From: Bispira polyomma
Taxonomy: Eukaryota
NCBI GenBank assembly: GCA_965649765.1
Contig: OZ287756.1
Location: forward strand, 62,868,001 to 62,932,000
DNA length: 64,000 nucleotides
Direction of reading: 5' to 3'
Each line of letters opens with the position of its first letter. Position 1 is the stretch's first letter. This document shows, piece after piece, positions 1 to 12,941 of this stretch. Position numbers and translations under genes: made by a program. The notes beneath the pieces were generated by a model. It saw only the letters and a program-made list of their open reading frames with translations. It had not been told where the DNA came from and did not search any database.

Positions 1-1430
1 ATTTGACCACGTTCCTTTACCACCGCTCAAACGAGCATATAATCGCAGGACTCAAAGTAGAGTAAAACACAGGAATCCAGCACAAGCACTGCAGATCAGT
101 TCCTCCTTAGTGTGTAGCACCACTTAGTGAATCATTTGTTGCATTTCTTGTTTCCATCACACAGATAATAAAATCAGTGAAGTAAAAATAAAACACATAA
201 AAGTAAAATAATGTAAAATATTAAAGATGGCGTTGTTGCCTACATGACTTCAAAAGTGTAAGTGAGGATTCTAGCTAAAAAGCGGGAAAACAGAGGTTAA
301 TTAGTACACAAATAACCAATTAGGAGAGGGTTTAAAGGGCATGAACCCAAGGAGGAAAATACTAGTAGCACTAAACTTGCTATCCCCTACGGCGCTACCC
401 CGCAAATTAACCTGTATATCAAAATAAAAATCTCCAATATTTCTCTGAGGCCGATGCGATTAGTAGATTATATGGATAGAAACCTTCAGACAGTTCATGT
501 TCAGCTAGCTCAGCCGCAGACGCACTCATTCTTTAGAAGTTGTATACAGGTGAACTAACTTTGACAGGTTACAGTTACCTGCACTCACTTGTCACATTGG
601 AGGAAACTGTGAAACATAAGGGGCCAAATGTAGGGGTCATGTTTCACACTTTGAAAATATTAGGTTAATGATACACCTTAGCTTTTGCAAGTTAGAAAAA
701 TACACTTATGACCTTTAACCTTATTTGATCTTTGCCCCTGTCATGGCTATGTTAAATGTGGTTACTTCAAATACACATATAACAATAATATGTGTTACTG
801 TAACTGTGCTATCATATTAGAAATGTATGTTAACATTAGTTGTTAATCTTTTTTTTTTCTAGCACAGATTTATTATGCACTTTTCAGTTATCCTAGATAA
901 GATAAAAATTTTATATTGACAGGATCTGTAGTTTTTCCATTATCGCTCATATTTTGCTCACTTTTTTGAACAAGTAAAAGGTTAATATTTGCATCCAGAG
1001 GATTTATGTTGATTTAGTTTGAACTGATCAAATTTTCTGGTATATTTTCTTTCCAAACAAGTGGCTCATCTTTGTAACTCTCACTCTGGTGTATGTTTAC
1101 AAGCCTTTCTATGTGATTTGTAGTAAGAGGTACAATTTAGTGGGACATCTCAGACTTTATACAAGCCCCTGCATGTGGAGGCCTGCACTACTCAACAAGT
1201 TTTGACACTTGTCATCGTGAGGCCTAAAGTAATTATTTACATTGCTGATTATATGGGATTGGGATCTTTATTATAAGAGTGTACGTGTGGGGTTATATTT
1301 AATATTGTTTTGCCATTTACTTTTAAAATATAGGACATTTTTTACATGCTAAAAATACCCTTTAATGATCGAGGACTCGATGAATATCCTATTGTTATTT
1401 TAAAATGTATAACCATAGACTTGCTTACAA

Positions 1431-1810
1431 GTCTTTTTTTTTTTTTTTTGTTTTTTTAAAAACATTTATTATATAACAGTTATACAAAATGTTTGTACAA
1501 AAGAGTCCTTTTTTTTTGTTTTTTAAAAAAAAAAATTATTATATAAGAGTTATACAAAATGTATGTACAAAAGATTACCAAAATAGTTTAGGGTTAAAGT
1601 ACTGGTTAACATGAACAAAACTGACATCGAACTTTATGAAATGCACGAACCACATAATTAAGAGGCTATGTATATTACATAGATTGATAGATAGTACAAG
1701 AGCACATTATTAAATTACATCAGTACATCAATTCACACATTAGGTTAATAACAACCCAACTCCATAACTCAAATCAATGTATAATACCAGCACAGATTAT
1801 TGAATTACAA
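1431..1810 (-). mobile_element. Short antisense retroposed fragment (poly(A)-tailed, LINE-3'-like) with 6-bp TSD TTACAA
   Basis: Starts with a long T-run followed by TTTATT (AATAAA on minus). Internal ~70-bp tandem duplication at about 1430-1575. TTACAA at 1425-1430 and 1805-1810. Removing it restores a reading frame. Confidence 0.6.
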
Positions 1811-1830
1811 ACATCTCTGAAATATTAGAG

Positions 1831-3756
1831 ATGTTAATTGACAGAAGTGGTCCACACAACAGACAAACTACGGACTACCCGTGTGCGTTGAAGAAAGCAT
1901 GTTCCTTTGCAAGTGTGGAATTGGTTGACAGGATTTTAGCCCAAAAGCAGATTGATGTCAACATTGTAGACAATACAAGAAAGGAAACTGCATTACATGT
2001 CCTTGTACAGGGTGGACAAACTGAGGAACGTGTTGTTATTTTGAAACGTCTCTTCAATAGCAGTGACTTTAATCCAAATATAGTTTCTGCCTTAAAAGAG
2101 TCAGTTATTTCTAAAGCTATTGCTTATGATAGCACAGCATTATTTGATGTTTTATTACTGCATGACACTGTTGATGTAAATCTGGGGGCACAAGATTCAA
2201 CCCCACTGATGATGACGCTTAAAGCGCACAAATATGATATGGCCAAGAAACTATTGGATCTGAAGAGATGTGACATTAATATCACAAACAAGAACCAAGA
2301 AAGTGCTCTAATATTAGCAGTAAGACAATTTGAAACAGAAGTACATCACAGAGATGACCATTTGAAGATGATACAGTCACTTTTGAAAAAGGAGAGATTA
2401 AAAGTGAACATGCAAGATAAGCTAGGCAATACTGCCTTCCATTATTGTTCTGATGTTAAACTTGTGAATATGTTTTTAGAACATCCTGATGTGGACATTA
2501 AACTGGAGAACAACCAGTCATTAACATGCTTGAGGATAGCCATTCAAAAGAGCAATAAAGCTGTCATTGAAACTGTGGTGCAAAGCAAGAAATACAACCC
2601 AAATGAATGTGACAGTGATGGTTTGACTGATCTGATGTGGTGTGTTCTTCCTGCACTAGATAATTGCCAAAACTTCAGATGTAAAGATGAAGGCTTATTG
2701 AAAACTATGATTGAAGTACCACATGCAGATGCTGCAAAAATGAGGTATGATGGATCACGTTATGCATCATTTTTACATTGTATAATGATGTCCGTAAGAC
2801 TGTCGGTATTAATGAAAGTTAGCCATCTATGTGGTGACATGTTTAATGTTCGAGATGTTCATAGCAAAACATTTCTACATCATCTTTGTCTTACCAAAAA
2901 GCCTCAACTTTGTGATGCTGAAATAGCTTTTGCGTGTGACCTCATTGGAGAAAGTGATATTGATGTCAATATACAGGATAAATATGGTTATACAGCACTT
3001 ATGTATGCTGTACGTAATCCATCCCAGTTTATTCCAGATGTTATTGTTGCCATTTTAAACCATCCAAAGAACTGTGATATTTCACTGCAAAACAAATATT
3101 ACCAAACTGTAGTTGATATTGTTGAAGCACATAAAAATGAGGTTGATCCAAAGGTAGTCAGTCTGCTTAAACCATACATGGGTTTCCAACTTCATCTAAA
3201 GCAAATTTCTCTGATGGATGGAATTCAGTGTATGAGACGATGCATTGACAAATCCACACTGAGCGTTGTAAACAGAAATGACTTGCATAAACAAATGGAT
3301 CGCTTTGAATCAGACGTCAAGGTAATGGAAACTGGGAGGGATTACCAAATGAAGGATGAGCACAGAGAGAAATTGCTGAGTCTCCGGCCTTATCTGTTGG
3401 AAAATATATCTCCCGATAAGTTGTTGGATTATCTTATTTCAAAGGGTACCCTGGATGAAGATGAAGAGGATGACATACATGTGCAGGGTTCCCGTAGAAG
3501 ACAGGTTCAGAAGTTGTTGTCTATTTTACCATTGAAAGGACCACAGGCATATGAGCATTTTATTAATGCATTGAAGGTATGTAATCAGGCATACATTGCA
3601 GAGAGACTTGAAGACAACAACCCTAGTGCTTTGGAAGTTGCTCACCACCATGGGGTTGAAAATCCTGCTACAGAGCTCTTCAGTGTAAACGAATGTCTGT
3701 TTCTTCTAAGCAGTTCTATAGAGAAAAAACTAGTAGAAATCACGTCCAAGAAATAG
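1831..3756 (+). CDS. Ankyrin-repeat protein with C-terminal CARD (death-fold) domain; uninterrupted ORF, original N-terminus probably 1346-1430
   Basis: 641-aa ORF with repeated ankyrin motifs (KETALHVLV, STPLMMTL, ESALILAV, GNTAFHY, GYTALMYAV, often preceded by D(V/I)N). Segment 3349-3612 (MKDEHREKLLSLRPYLLENISPDKLLDYLISKGTL...RRRQVQKLLSILPLKGPQAYEHFINALK...IAERLE) has the CARD pattern. AATAAA at about 3922. Confidence 0.9.
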   Translation: MLIDRSGPHNRQTTDYPCALKKACSFASVELVDRILAQKQIDVNIVDNTRKETALHVLVQGGQTEERVVILKRLFNSSDFNPNIVSALKESVISKAIAYDSTALFDVLLLHDTVDVNLGAQDSTPLMMTLKAHKYDMAKKLLDLKRCDINITNKNQESALILAVRQFETEVHHRDDHLKMIQSLLKKERLKVNMQDKLGNTAFHYCSDVKLVNMFLEHPDVDIKLENNQSLTCLRIAIQKSNKAVIETVVQSKKYNPNECDSDGLTDLMWCVLPALDNCQNFRCKDEGLLKTMIEVPHADAAKMRYDGSRYASFLHCIMMSVRLSVLMKVSHLCGDMFNVRDVHSKTFLHHLCLTKKPQLCDAEIAFACDLIGESDIDVNIQDKYGYTALMYAVRNPSQFIPDVIVAILNHPKNCDISLQNKYYQTVVDIVEAHKNEVDPKVVSLLKPYMGFQLHLKQISLMDGIQCMRRCIDKSTLSVVNRNDLHKQMDRFESDVKVMETGRDYQMKDEHREKLLSLRPYLLENISPDKLLDYLISKGTLDEDEEDDIHVQGSRRRQVQKLLSILPLKGPQAYEHFINALKVCNQAYIAERLEDNNPSALEVAHHHGVENPATELFSVNECLFLLSSSIEKKLVEITSKK

Positions 3757-4315
3757 ATACTTAAAAATAAGTTATGATGATCCTTTGATACTCCCTATAA
3801 GTATCAGTGCTTGTAGCTAATTTTAGGGTTGTGATCCAAGAAATATATGTGTATATTTAACGTCACTATAAATTATTGATACAGTGCCACCTTTTTTATC
3901 TGAACATGCTGGGTGAAGGTTAATAAAATATAAGTAATATTTATTTATGAAATAAATAGTGTGAGTAGAAATGAGGTCCTGTCAATTAAATGTTCACATA
4001 ACATAATTTGGGATAATAGAGATTCTAATATATTACTATGTAGGTTATATGGCTTGAAATTGTACCAATATTTATAACTGGCTACTCTGTTACTAGTGTT
4101 GATATATTAATTTGAGTACAAATTTTTCAGATAATTATTTCAGTTTTAAAACCACTAGTATTTTCATTTATTTTGGCATAAAAACTTTGTTTATTTTAAA
4201 GTCCCTGAGTTTGTACTCACAAGTAGTTTAAAATTGGTTCTTTTATGTCATAGTCTGTACAAGTTTCGAATGTGAAGTGACATTCGTTGTAATGGGACAT
4301 GGTGTAGTTCAGTTA

Positions 4316-4398
4316 TTTCCTCCAGCGTTTCCAACTACCCGTCCCAATATAACCTACTAAAAGGTACTAGAGTGGACGTTAAATATCCAAATTCAAAT
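4316..4398 (+). mobile_element. 5'-truncated copy of tRNA-derived SINE family A
   Basis: tttcctccagcgtttccaactacccgtcccaatataacctactaaaaggtactagagtggacgttaaatatccaaattcaaat matches the 3' end of the copy at 26794. Confidence 0.9.
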
Positions 4399-4954
4399 GA
4401 ATACCAAAGGTATATTTTCAACAGTTACACATAGTTTTAAAGATGTCCACATTCTAAAAAAGACTCATGATGACCAAATGTTTATTACATGATGGACAAT
4501 AAATGAAGTGTAAGCGCAACATTTACAGAGGGCTGGTAATTAATACGAATTTATTCAGTATACTGCAAAAGGCAAAAAAAACAAACAAACATATAAAATT
4601 AATAGTGGTTTCACTCCACGTAGTTTATGTACAGTACACTCCTCAAAGTGTCCTTATGTGCGTGTTATTTACAGTCAGGGGTGGTATTCAAAAACCGACC
4701 AGGTATACTACATCAAAAGACTCAGCCCAGATCAATATTTAGCACTCGTGTGTGTGTGTGTGTGTGTATGCGGGTTGAATTGTAGGCGCTGGTAGTGCGA
4801 AACATTTGAACGATTTTCAGCTGACTTTGGCCATGAATATTATAATATTAACGGAACTCCCAGACCGAGTTTTCTGTCTCCGACGATGCTTTGATTTACT
4901 GATGTATGCGCTCGTCTAGGGACAGAGTTCCTGGTACATACTACACCTCGGAAT

Positions 4955-5790
4955 ATAACGCCCTGGTCCGACCGCCCTGGACCAGGGTTGCAGGGCATAA
5001 AAATTCCGAAAATTTCAAATGGTTAAATGACTGTATCTAAATGGATACTCCCCCTAAAATATTCGTTTTGGTACCAATAGAAAGCTGTTATTATGTGTCT
5101 TGTGATAAGTTTACCAAATTGAATCAAAATAAAATGGTTATGAAGATATTGTAAGTTAAAGTTGGAATATATCCCCCACCTCCCCAGGGCGTTTTTTCCC
5201 AGGGTGTTTTTTCCAGGGCGTTTTTTTTTTCAGATTCATTCCAACTCATTTGAGTTGAACAAATTCAAATGCTTGTAACTTTCCTAATAATGAAGTGTTT
5301 TTCAAAATTTAAAAACTAGCTTCATAAGCAGATTAGGGAGCTGAAGCTGACATCAGAATTAGTGTATATTTAAGATAAATTTAAATTTAATTAATAAATT
5401 TAATTAGTGTATTTAAGATAAATTTAAATTTAATTAATAATATCTTTTAAACCATTTATTTGAATTGAAATTGATTAAAACTATTAGGATGTACACATTA
5501 AGAGCTTTCTGATGATACCAAAACAAAAATTTTAGGTGAAGTATTCATAAAAATAGAGTTATTTAATCAATTGCAATTTTTAGGGCGATTTTCTCAAGGA
5601 TGTTTTTTTTTCAGGGTGTTTTTTCCAGGGCGTTTTTTTTTTCCAGGATCCATATGAGAAAGCTGAGAAAGTTTAAGTTAGAAGGAGTTACTAATATATA
5701 TGAGAACTCTCTCTATATATATGCCCCCACCTCCACAGGGCGTTTTTTTTCCCCAGGGCGTTTTTTCCAGATCTATTCTAACTTGACTTA
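4955..5790. repeat. Composite palindromic repeat (non-autonomous DNA-transposon/Helitron-like) with (CCAGGGCG-Tn) motifs
   Basis: Imperfect inverted repeat between about 5010-5170 and 5440-5590 (ttttggtaccaatagaaagc / gctttctgatgataccaaaa). Direct repeats cccccacctcc..agggcgtttttt at about 5172 and 5723. Local 34-bp duplication at 5357-5440. Confidence 0.5.
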
Positions 5791-6685
5791 ATCCCTTTTG
5801 GTAAATCAGCGCCTTAAAGAATGTATGTTTTATCAATTTGGTGCTTTAAAAAGCCTTCAATTATTATTATTACTTCAATGGACTAGAGCTTAACCGTCCA
5901 TACAACAAGTAAAAGCAGATTCATATGTTGGTGTTTTTTAAGTGTTTTTTTTTTTAAAGTTTTTTTTTTTAAAGTTTTTAACTACTACAGCTTATATGAA
6001 AAGCACTTGTTGATCATTGTTTGATCTTTCAGATCTATGAGAGACTGTATGCTGGTAAAGCCTTTAGCTAAACTTTTACATCCCATACAATTTATTTTCT
6101 GAAATTTCTTTTCTTACAAGCTTCCCAATATCTTACAATGATAATCCGGAGATATTGTTCTTTCTTATTAGAAGTAGTTCAATATATATGAACATTATCA
6201 AAACCAAAAGGAAGACTGGTACATGCGAACAGTGTGGGATAAATTAATAATTCTGCAAATTATGCAAATACACATACTTAATCTATTATTGATTCAAACC
6301 ATCTTAAGAATTTAAAATAGGCTAAAATTAATTCTGGCAATGAAAAATATTGAACATTCATACTTTTAGAAAGCCTTTCCAGAGTGATTCCCAAGTCCAT
6401 ATTTAGTTCATTTCAATTTTACTCTAGATATAAATGGATTACACAATGGCGTATATCACAAATTCAATTGTAAGATTATTGTAAAAATCCATAAGTTATA
6501 ATTATGCATAATATTCAAAACTTTTATAAATTAATTTTATTCAGCCCTATAAATAATTAACAAACCAGACTAAATATATATCACAATATTATTTTGAACA
6601 TATGTTCAACATATGCTCATTCACTAAAGAAAACCCTCAGATATACTCACAGATATATTGATATTAAATTTTTTTTGCTTATATC

Positions 6686-9455
6686 TTAAAAAGTATATGA
6701 CATCATCTGTCTGTGGTTATTAGTCAGTGTCTGACTGTTTTCATCACTACTACCATTATCAGTGCCAATCTCTACAGTCTCTTGAGGTGCAACACTTGGC
6801 TCCTGATGTGTAGTTTTTCTGGTTTTCTGTGAATTATTATTCTGAGTAAAAGTCACATCTCTCTCGTATGAACTTCTCTTGATTGCTCTGCCATTCTCCT
6901 CTTTTGTTCCTTGGAAGTGTTTGTTAATGTTACTGATGATCAGAATTGATGCATATCTCCTCAGTGTCTCTTGATGCTTCTGTGTATGTTTTTGCTGGTT
7001 TTCTGCCTGTTGATAAGACTGCCCTGAACAGTGGCTGTAGCTAATATTTGGCACACTTTCACTTTTAAGAGAACTACAGCACATGTTATGACAGTACCTA
7101 GGTGAGAGAAATCCTTTCATAGTTTTGTTACTCTTGTAATGACTTCCCTTTATTTGAACTGCTCCATCCTCTTTCCCTGCCATACTTTCTTTACTTTGTT
7201 TATGAGGTGGTACAGTTACTATAATCTCAGGTTGTTTGACAGATGTAGCATTTCCCTGGCCTTGTGTTAAGAAACACTGATCTCTCCTCACTTCCAAGTG
7301 TTGACTCTTAATTGTTCTTTCCAATCCTCCTCTATCTCTTGCAGTAGTCTCATTTCCTACAACCATTCTGGAGGCCTCACTAAGGTTACCAGAACTTTTT
7401 ATATACTTCTTACTCACAACGTTACAAGTCTTCTTCTTAGAACTCAATCCGGTATCCAGAGAATTTGCCCTGGCTAACCTACAGTAATAGTGAGGCAACT
7501 GAGATCCGTTTAATAAAGGAGAGATTTCCACTGAGCTACAATAGTGGATGCTGGTCTTTCTTTTTCTAGCTTCTTCCTCAAGTTGGCAAAAAACTCCTTG
7601 TTCTGTTAGTCTGGGTGAGTATAGGGGTTCCCTAGTACTACCACAGCTGCACTGCAGGCTATTATCAGTCTGAGTACTTGTGCACACTGCATCAAAGCCA
7701 GCCTGTTTGTCTTCATTATCCTTACTGTTTAAACTCTGGTAATCTTTGTCAGGAGTTAACCTTGATTCATCGCAAGTTTGTGTTCCTGTTTCCTTCCGCA
7801 GCTTCACTGGTGTAGGGATGCGTAGCTCATTGCCTTTAAGCGGAGAGATCATGTATTTCGACTCTACGCCAATGAAGTTCAAAGGTCGAAAGCCTTTTTG
7901 AATGAAGCAGTCACCCATGCCACTCTCCATATTGTCCTGTATTGCTGCATCTAACCATGGGGCTTTATAGTCAGGGGTCTCAGTCAGAACTGACTCATCC
8001 ATATCGGCTATATATCCTATTTCTGAAGCAATACCAGAGAGATCTGTCACACTACTCATGATACTCCCATTTGGGTCATTTTCACTGTATTGTGGATGCT
8101 GAGGAGAGCCAGAGATGACACCAGTATGGTGGTTGTCATAGTGAGACTTTATGGTGTATTTTTGTAGATCAATAGTGGACGGCTTACATAAATTCAATCG
8201 ACAACCATTTAAGCAGTTGCTTGTCTTATCACCAGCAGTTGCCACTGTGGTATTCAATGGTATATTATTATCCCTAGGCAGTAGCTTGATGTGGGCTATG
8301 ACAGGTGCAGTTTTGTAAGTGTTTTGATGACTGTCCGGCTGTAAGTTCTCTCCTGTGTTCCCATTGAGAGCAGATTTCCTGTATTCTACATCTGCACCTC
8401 TTCTGTAGTCTTTAGCAAGATCTGGCAAGAACTGAAAGTTATCTGTAATGAGGTGGTCCCTGGTTTTCTTCTTAGGAAAAGATCCTTGATTATTTGCCTC
8501 AGTTGCAAGATATCCTACAGATTTAGTTGAATTTGAACAATTAACACCATTCATTTTGATGCTGTGTATGCTGGACAGATCCGACTCTGAGCTGGACAGT
8601 CCTGGTTGAATAGTTGATATTTTAGAAGCATCAGAGCTTACGGCCCTATAGTCAGCAAAGTTTGTAGCAGATGCTTCTGTACTGTCTGACATATGTAACA
8701 ATAATGACTGTGCGGCCGGTCTGTCATAAATGCTAGAGTTTGTAGCAGAGTCAGTGGACAGAGCCGATTCAGATATTTTTAATTCCCCAGCACTGTAACT
8801 GTAAGACGTAGTGTCACTTGTTGTAGATATAGGAGAAACTCGACCTGACTTAGACACTGAAGATACTGATTCCAACGATTCTAAGCTCACACCAATATTT
8901 TCACGAGAGAATGTATCCAAGTCTTCTATTGTAGAGTGAAGCTCGTCTAGCATATTTTCAAACTCCATTTCATACTGTTTAGCTTCTAACCTAGGCTGGA
9001 TAGCTTTTGTGTCGGAGGAAGACACATCACACATGGATTTAGTCTTGAGCATGTGTTTATCGTATGATCTTTGTCCTTGACCCGTGGGCTCCTGTATGAA
9101 TTCAAAAATATCGGAACGAGGCCTTCTCCTATTTTTTCTCAGGTTTTCTGTTATGGTGACATCGATCATAAAGCCGTTCCTGATCGAAGACACGTCAGAC
9201 TCGGGTGTCCCAGCAGCGTCCCTTGTGACAACCGTATCCAAGGATGTGACACTACTGCTGCAAATACTCGGTGTGTTAAAACTCGATTGGCTACAACTAG
9301 AACTTGCCGAAAGGTCATCCAGGAGATATTCCAAGCTTCTTTCAAATTCTTTGGCAGAAGGATTGCTCTTGAATTTTCTTCCTGTAAAAGCACCAGCGAA
9401 ATATCCAGTATCGATGTCTTCATACATACCACCCTTCAGCACGCTAGTGCTGTCT
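6686..9455 (-). CDS. Large terminal coding exon of an uncharacterised Ser/Thr-rich, probably disordered protein (about 950 aa with exon 10531-10613)
   Basis: 2.8-kb open frame in AT-rich DNA. Acceptor atttgtttatacag| at 9456-9457. Phase 2 matches the upstream exon. No recognisable domain. Confidence 0.8.
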
Positions 9456-10131
9456 CTGTATAAACAAATAAATGGTAAATTATACATCAAATGTCATGTC
9501 ACTTTAAACAATTGCATATTATAGATAGATAGAAATTATTTCCGATCCAGAGCCAACATTCTACACAATATATTACCGGCCCTCAGCAAGATACACTTAA
9601 ATTTTTCATAAATTTAGATATATGGAATCTATATGTATATGTAATGGTGGCTTATACTTTTCAGACATTTTAAACTTTTATATTTGCAATGTATTTGTAT
9701 TTGTCACAGTTACAGTAAACTAAAAGGAAGTTGATAACTGTTAAAATCTGAGTTACAAAAACAATCAATAATGAGTTTTAATAAAACTGTGTCAAATTTA
9801 ATTATCAGACATTTGACTACAGTTTTAATTTATTTAGCATTTTGTCTGAAAGTCTCTGGCTTGCACAATAACTGGCACCCTTCAAGGCATTGTTCTGAAC
9901 TATTGTCAGTAATTCGGTCCAAGTGGTCAATTTATCCTGTTTTCCTGTAAAGCTTGTTCTAGTTCAATACAATTTGAATGTTTTACTCATCTTGATAAGA
10001 GAACATTGGCTACGGTGGGCAAAAAGTGCTTAATTAGGTTAACATCACGCAAAAAAGTAAGGTAATGGGGGATATGCATATCATTTTCAACAAGCATGTA
10101 TGTCACTTGTAGATAGGAGAATCAAAATATA

Positions 10132-10305
10132 CAGTAAAGACTCTATGTAACGACCACCCGAGGAAACCCTCAAAATAAGTCTTTATTGACAGGTGGCCCT
10201 TGTATAGAGGTTGAATGTTATTACAGATTAGTGTGGAGAAATAAAAATGGTGATCTTAAAACAGAGGACTCTCTATAGAGGTGGTCTACCGATGAGGTTT
10301 CACTG
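10132..10305. mobile_element. Tc1/pogo-type MITE (CAGT...ACTG termini) in an intron
   Basis: ta|cagtaaagactct ... gaggtttcactg; internal gaccac / gaggtggtc / caggtggc motifs. Confidence 0.55.
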
Positions 10306-10530
10306 CATCTATAACTACCTGTTGTGTTATTTCTTGAAAAACATTCTCAGAATGCTAGTCATTAAATATTCAGTTGTTTTATTACTAGAAGCTGCACAGA
10401 TAGAAATTGGCCACACTGTTAGATGTCATACTTGTTATGTCTTAATAAATCCAGAAGGAAAAATATTAAACCCACTAGCAGGAAAAAAGGCCATGTTTAC
10501 TTGATATCCCAAAGATAAAACTATAAATAC

Positions 10531-10613
10531 CTGAACTTTCTGGCATGCCAAAACTGTGTTCTTCTTTGTGTATTCCTGTCCTCAAACTGTGGCATATTCC
10601 TTTTGTCCACCAT
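10531..10613 (-). CDS. First coding exon (MVDKRNMPQFEDRNTQRRTQFWHARKF-R) of the 6686-9455 gene
   Basis: aagATGg at 10613 with an upstream in-frame TGA. Donor cag|gtatt at 10530. 83 nt (phase 2) joins in frame to the acceptor at 9455. Acceptor ttttgcag near 10647. Confidence 0.65.
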
Positions 10614-11721
10614 CTTGAAAGGTCAACACTTACTCTTCTGATATACTGCAAAAAATCCACAAAATAAACAATTATATAAGCTCTTTTGTTTGTTTCCCTT
10701 TGCCTGGTTTTACATATCCATGACTTAAGGATGTTCTTTCAACTGTCACCATAATTTTTGCAAGTTTGTGGCATCACAATCACTGAACAGATGTTTTGAC
10801 AGTTTCCCATTTACAACGTGGATTTTCTGTATCAAAACCCAGAATCCTGTTGTGTATATATCTATATATCAAATGGAAGTAGGAAGTATTTATATAGTTG
10901 TTGCGTATGTTTCTGGCTTTATCCACCCTTTGTATAAATACAGCCGAAAACCAGTTGAATCATTAAGAAAACACTGGAGTTTACAGTCTGCAGCAAATAC
11001 CAACCATAGACATGCAGAAGTTTAAAAAAAATTATATCACCAAACTAGTGTTTATAGATAAAAGAAGCAGCACTACCCCCCCTTCAGAAATGGCACAGGC
11101 GATAAACCTTCTGTGTATTTACATATAATCCAGAAATTAACAAAAAATATCCTATCATCAATACACATATAGATTATGGTAGCCAAAAAAAAAACATCAG
11201 TTGCTGCATTGAACCAAGAGAGGGATAGATTTAGATCTTATGTGATGTTTGAGTATGTTATAACAACAATTACTCATAGGCAAAAATACACACAGAGAGA
11301 TTTAGTCTGGAAAATACACCAGTATTAGAGATAGTTAGAGAAATAGAGAAAACAGAAAGGAAGAAAAAACTCGCAGAGATTAAGCGTCAATGTTTATCGA
11401 GAGCAACTGCACAACTACAGCCAAGGTGTTCTGATATTAAACATTGTGCTCGGGTGAAAAGGCCTCAGAAGTAAACAACTAAGCAAGCAATGCTAGGGAT
11501 GTTACCAAGTCATTGTCCATATGTGTTTTTTTTTTTGTTATTGTTAATTTTGATCTGTAACTCACATCAATTATATCACTATGCATAACTGCATGGGGTA
11601 ACATTCTACAAGTTGACTTCAATTTACATCCTGTTCGCATTGTGTTCACAATTAATTTGTTATTTGGTGTATATATTTAACAGATAATATATATTTTACT
11701 GTTGTAAAGTTTATAAAGAGA

Positions 11722-11840
11722 CTTGCTTCTGCTGGGATTTGATCCATGGAGCTTACATGTCATGACATTAATAGCTGCATGCTTAACAGTTGAGCTAAAA
11801 GGGAGACCCTTGAAGCCTAAGTGTTAATCATCTGGATAAT
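11722..11840. repeat. Dispersed repeat shared with 59220-59330
   Basis: cttctgctggg...attaatag...atgcttaa...agctaaa.ggg...agtgtt.aatc is shared by both copies. Confidence 0.5.
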
Positions 11841-12221
11841 ATTTTTTTGGATATGCTCTTTTAACTTGTTTGTGGATTTATGTATGTGCTGTGTATCTGT
11901 ACTTTCATATCACATGACGTTATTAAACCCATTGTTTTCAATGTAGTTAAGAGTTTTATGATTCAGTCAGGCAATGTACAACTAAAACAGGTGTATGGAT
12001 TGTAAAACTTTTATACACTACTCTGGGGCTATTGATTTAAGGATAGCAGCAGTTGCACTATTATTTTAACCTTTACATACTGGTATTTTCTACACTTTAA
12101 CATTTTTTTCACCACATCATTTTAATAGCAGTAACTTTAACATTATCCCAAGAATAATTAACTGATCATAAATCATAAAAGAGTTATTATTGACAGTTTG
12201 TAAATTGATTAAATATCCTCT

Positions 12222-12503
12222 AAAGGGCTTTACAAACTGCCGACTATACCACACTACAGGGGACAAAACGTCGGGCACGATAGTACTAATCACATCACAC
12301 ACGACACAGATAATCAATATAAAATATTGATCCTCCTCTTTTGCTGTATATGGATGCAATATACGCAACGGCACAATGTTTAATTGCCGTGTGTTGTGTA
12401 GAGAGCTTTCAATGTAATCATCAAAGATCAGATTGTTTAATAATAAGATAATTCCTTATTTTGTGCAGTTGTGTTGTGTAGTAGGTGGTCTATCAAACCC
12501 TTA
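12222..12503. mobile_element. MITE family B (PIF/Harbinger-like; ACACGACAC/GTGTTGTGT motifs)
   Basis: Imperfect TIRs aagggctttacaaactgccgacta / tagtaggtggtctatcaaaccctt; related to 20627-21020. Confidence 0.55.
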
Positions 12504-12937
12504 AGGCTCTACTTATAAAAAAAATTGTATCAACTCTTGACTTTCTATGTAAGCAAAAAAAATCAAAAGTCCTATAATTGCGAAAGGTAACAAAGTTTAA
12601 ATACCACACTAGGGTATTGTACAGTTACACATTTAATATCGCGGCACCAATGAGCAATCTGATGCTATTTTTCACGCCCGTGAATCCAAAACACCGACTC
12701 TGTATTTCTACGCACATCTATTAATATTTGGCCTGTTGATTTACGTCTTCACCAGTGGGAGTTATGATAACTGACATTAAAGTGTAACTCACTTCCGGTG
12801 GGTCTGCTGAAAGCCTTAACATGTGTGTCGTTGGCAGGGTGATTTAATTGATACATTTGTGAATGGTTTAAGTGATAAGTTACTACTCTCATTGCTATGT
12901 AATCTGTGTAATATGTTTATGCTTTTTGCATATATAC

Positions 12938-12941
<4 letters not shown>

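Noticed and set aside
1-420. Possible LTR-element leader or PBS (ggggtagcgccgtagggg on the minus strand)
   Set aside because: No clear tRNA complement, LTR pair or ORF within the window.
5170-5790. CRISPR-like array of CCAGGGCG-Tn repeats
   Set aside because: Irregular spacing, no unique spacers, no cas genes, eukaryotic context.
9071-9524. Overlapping + strand ORFs (likewise those opposite the Ngaro, DIRS and helical ORFs)
   Set aside because: Antisense shadows of real coding sequence.
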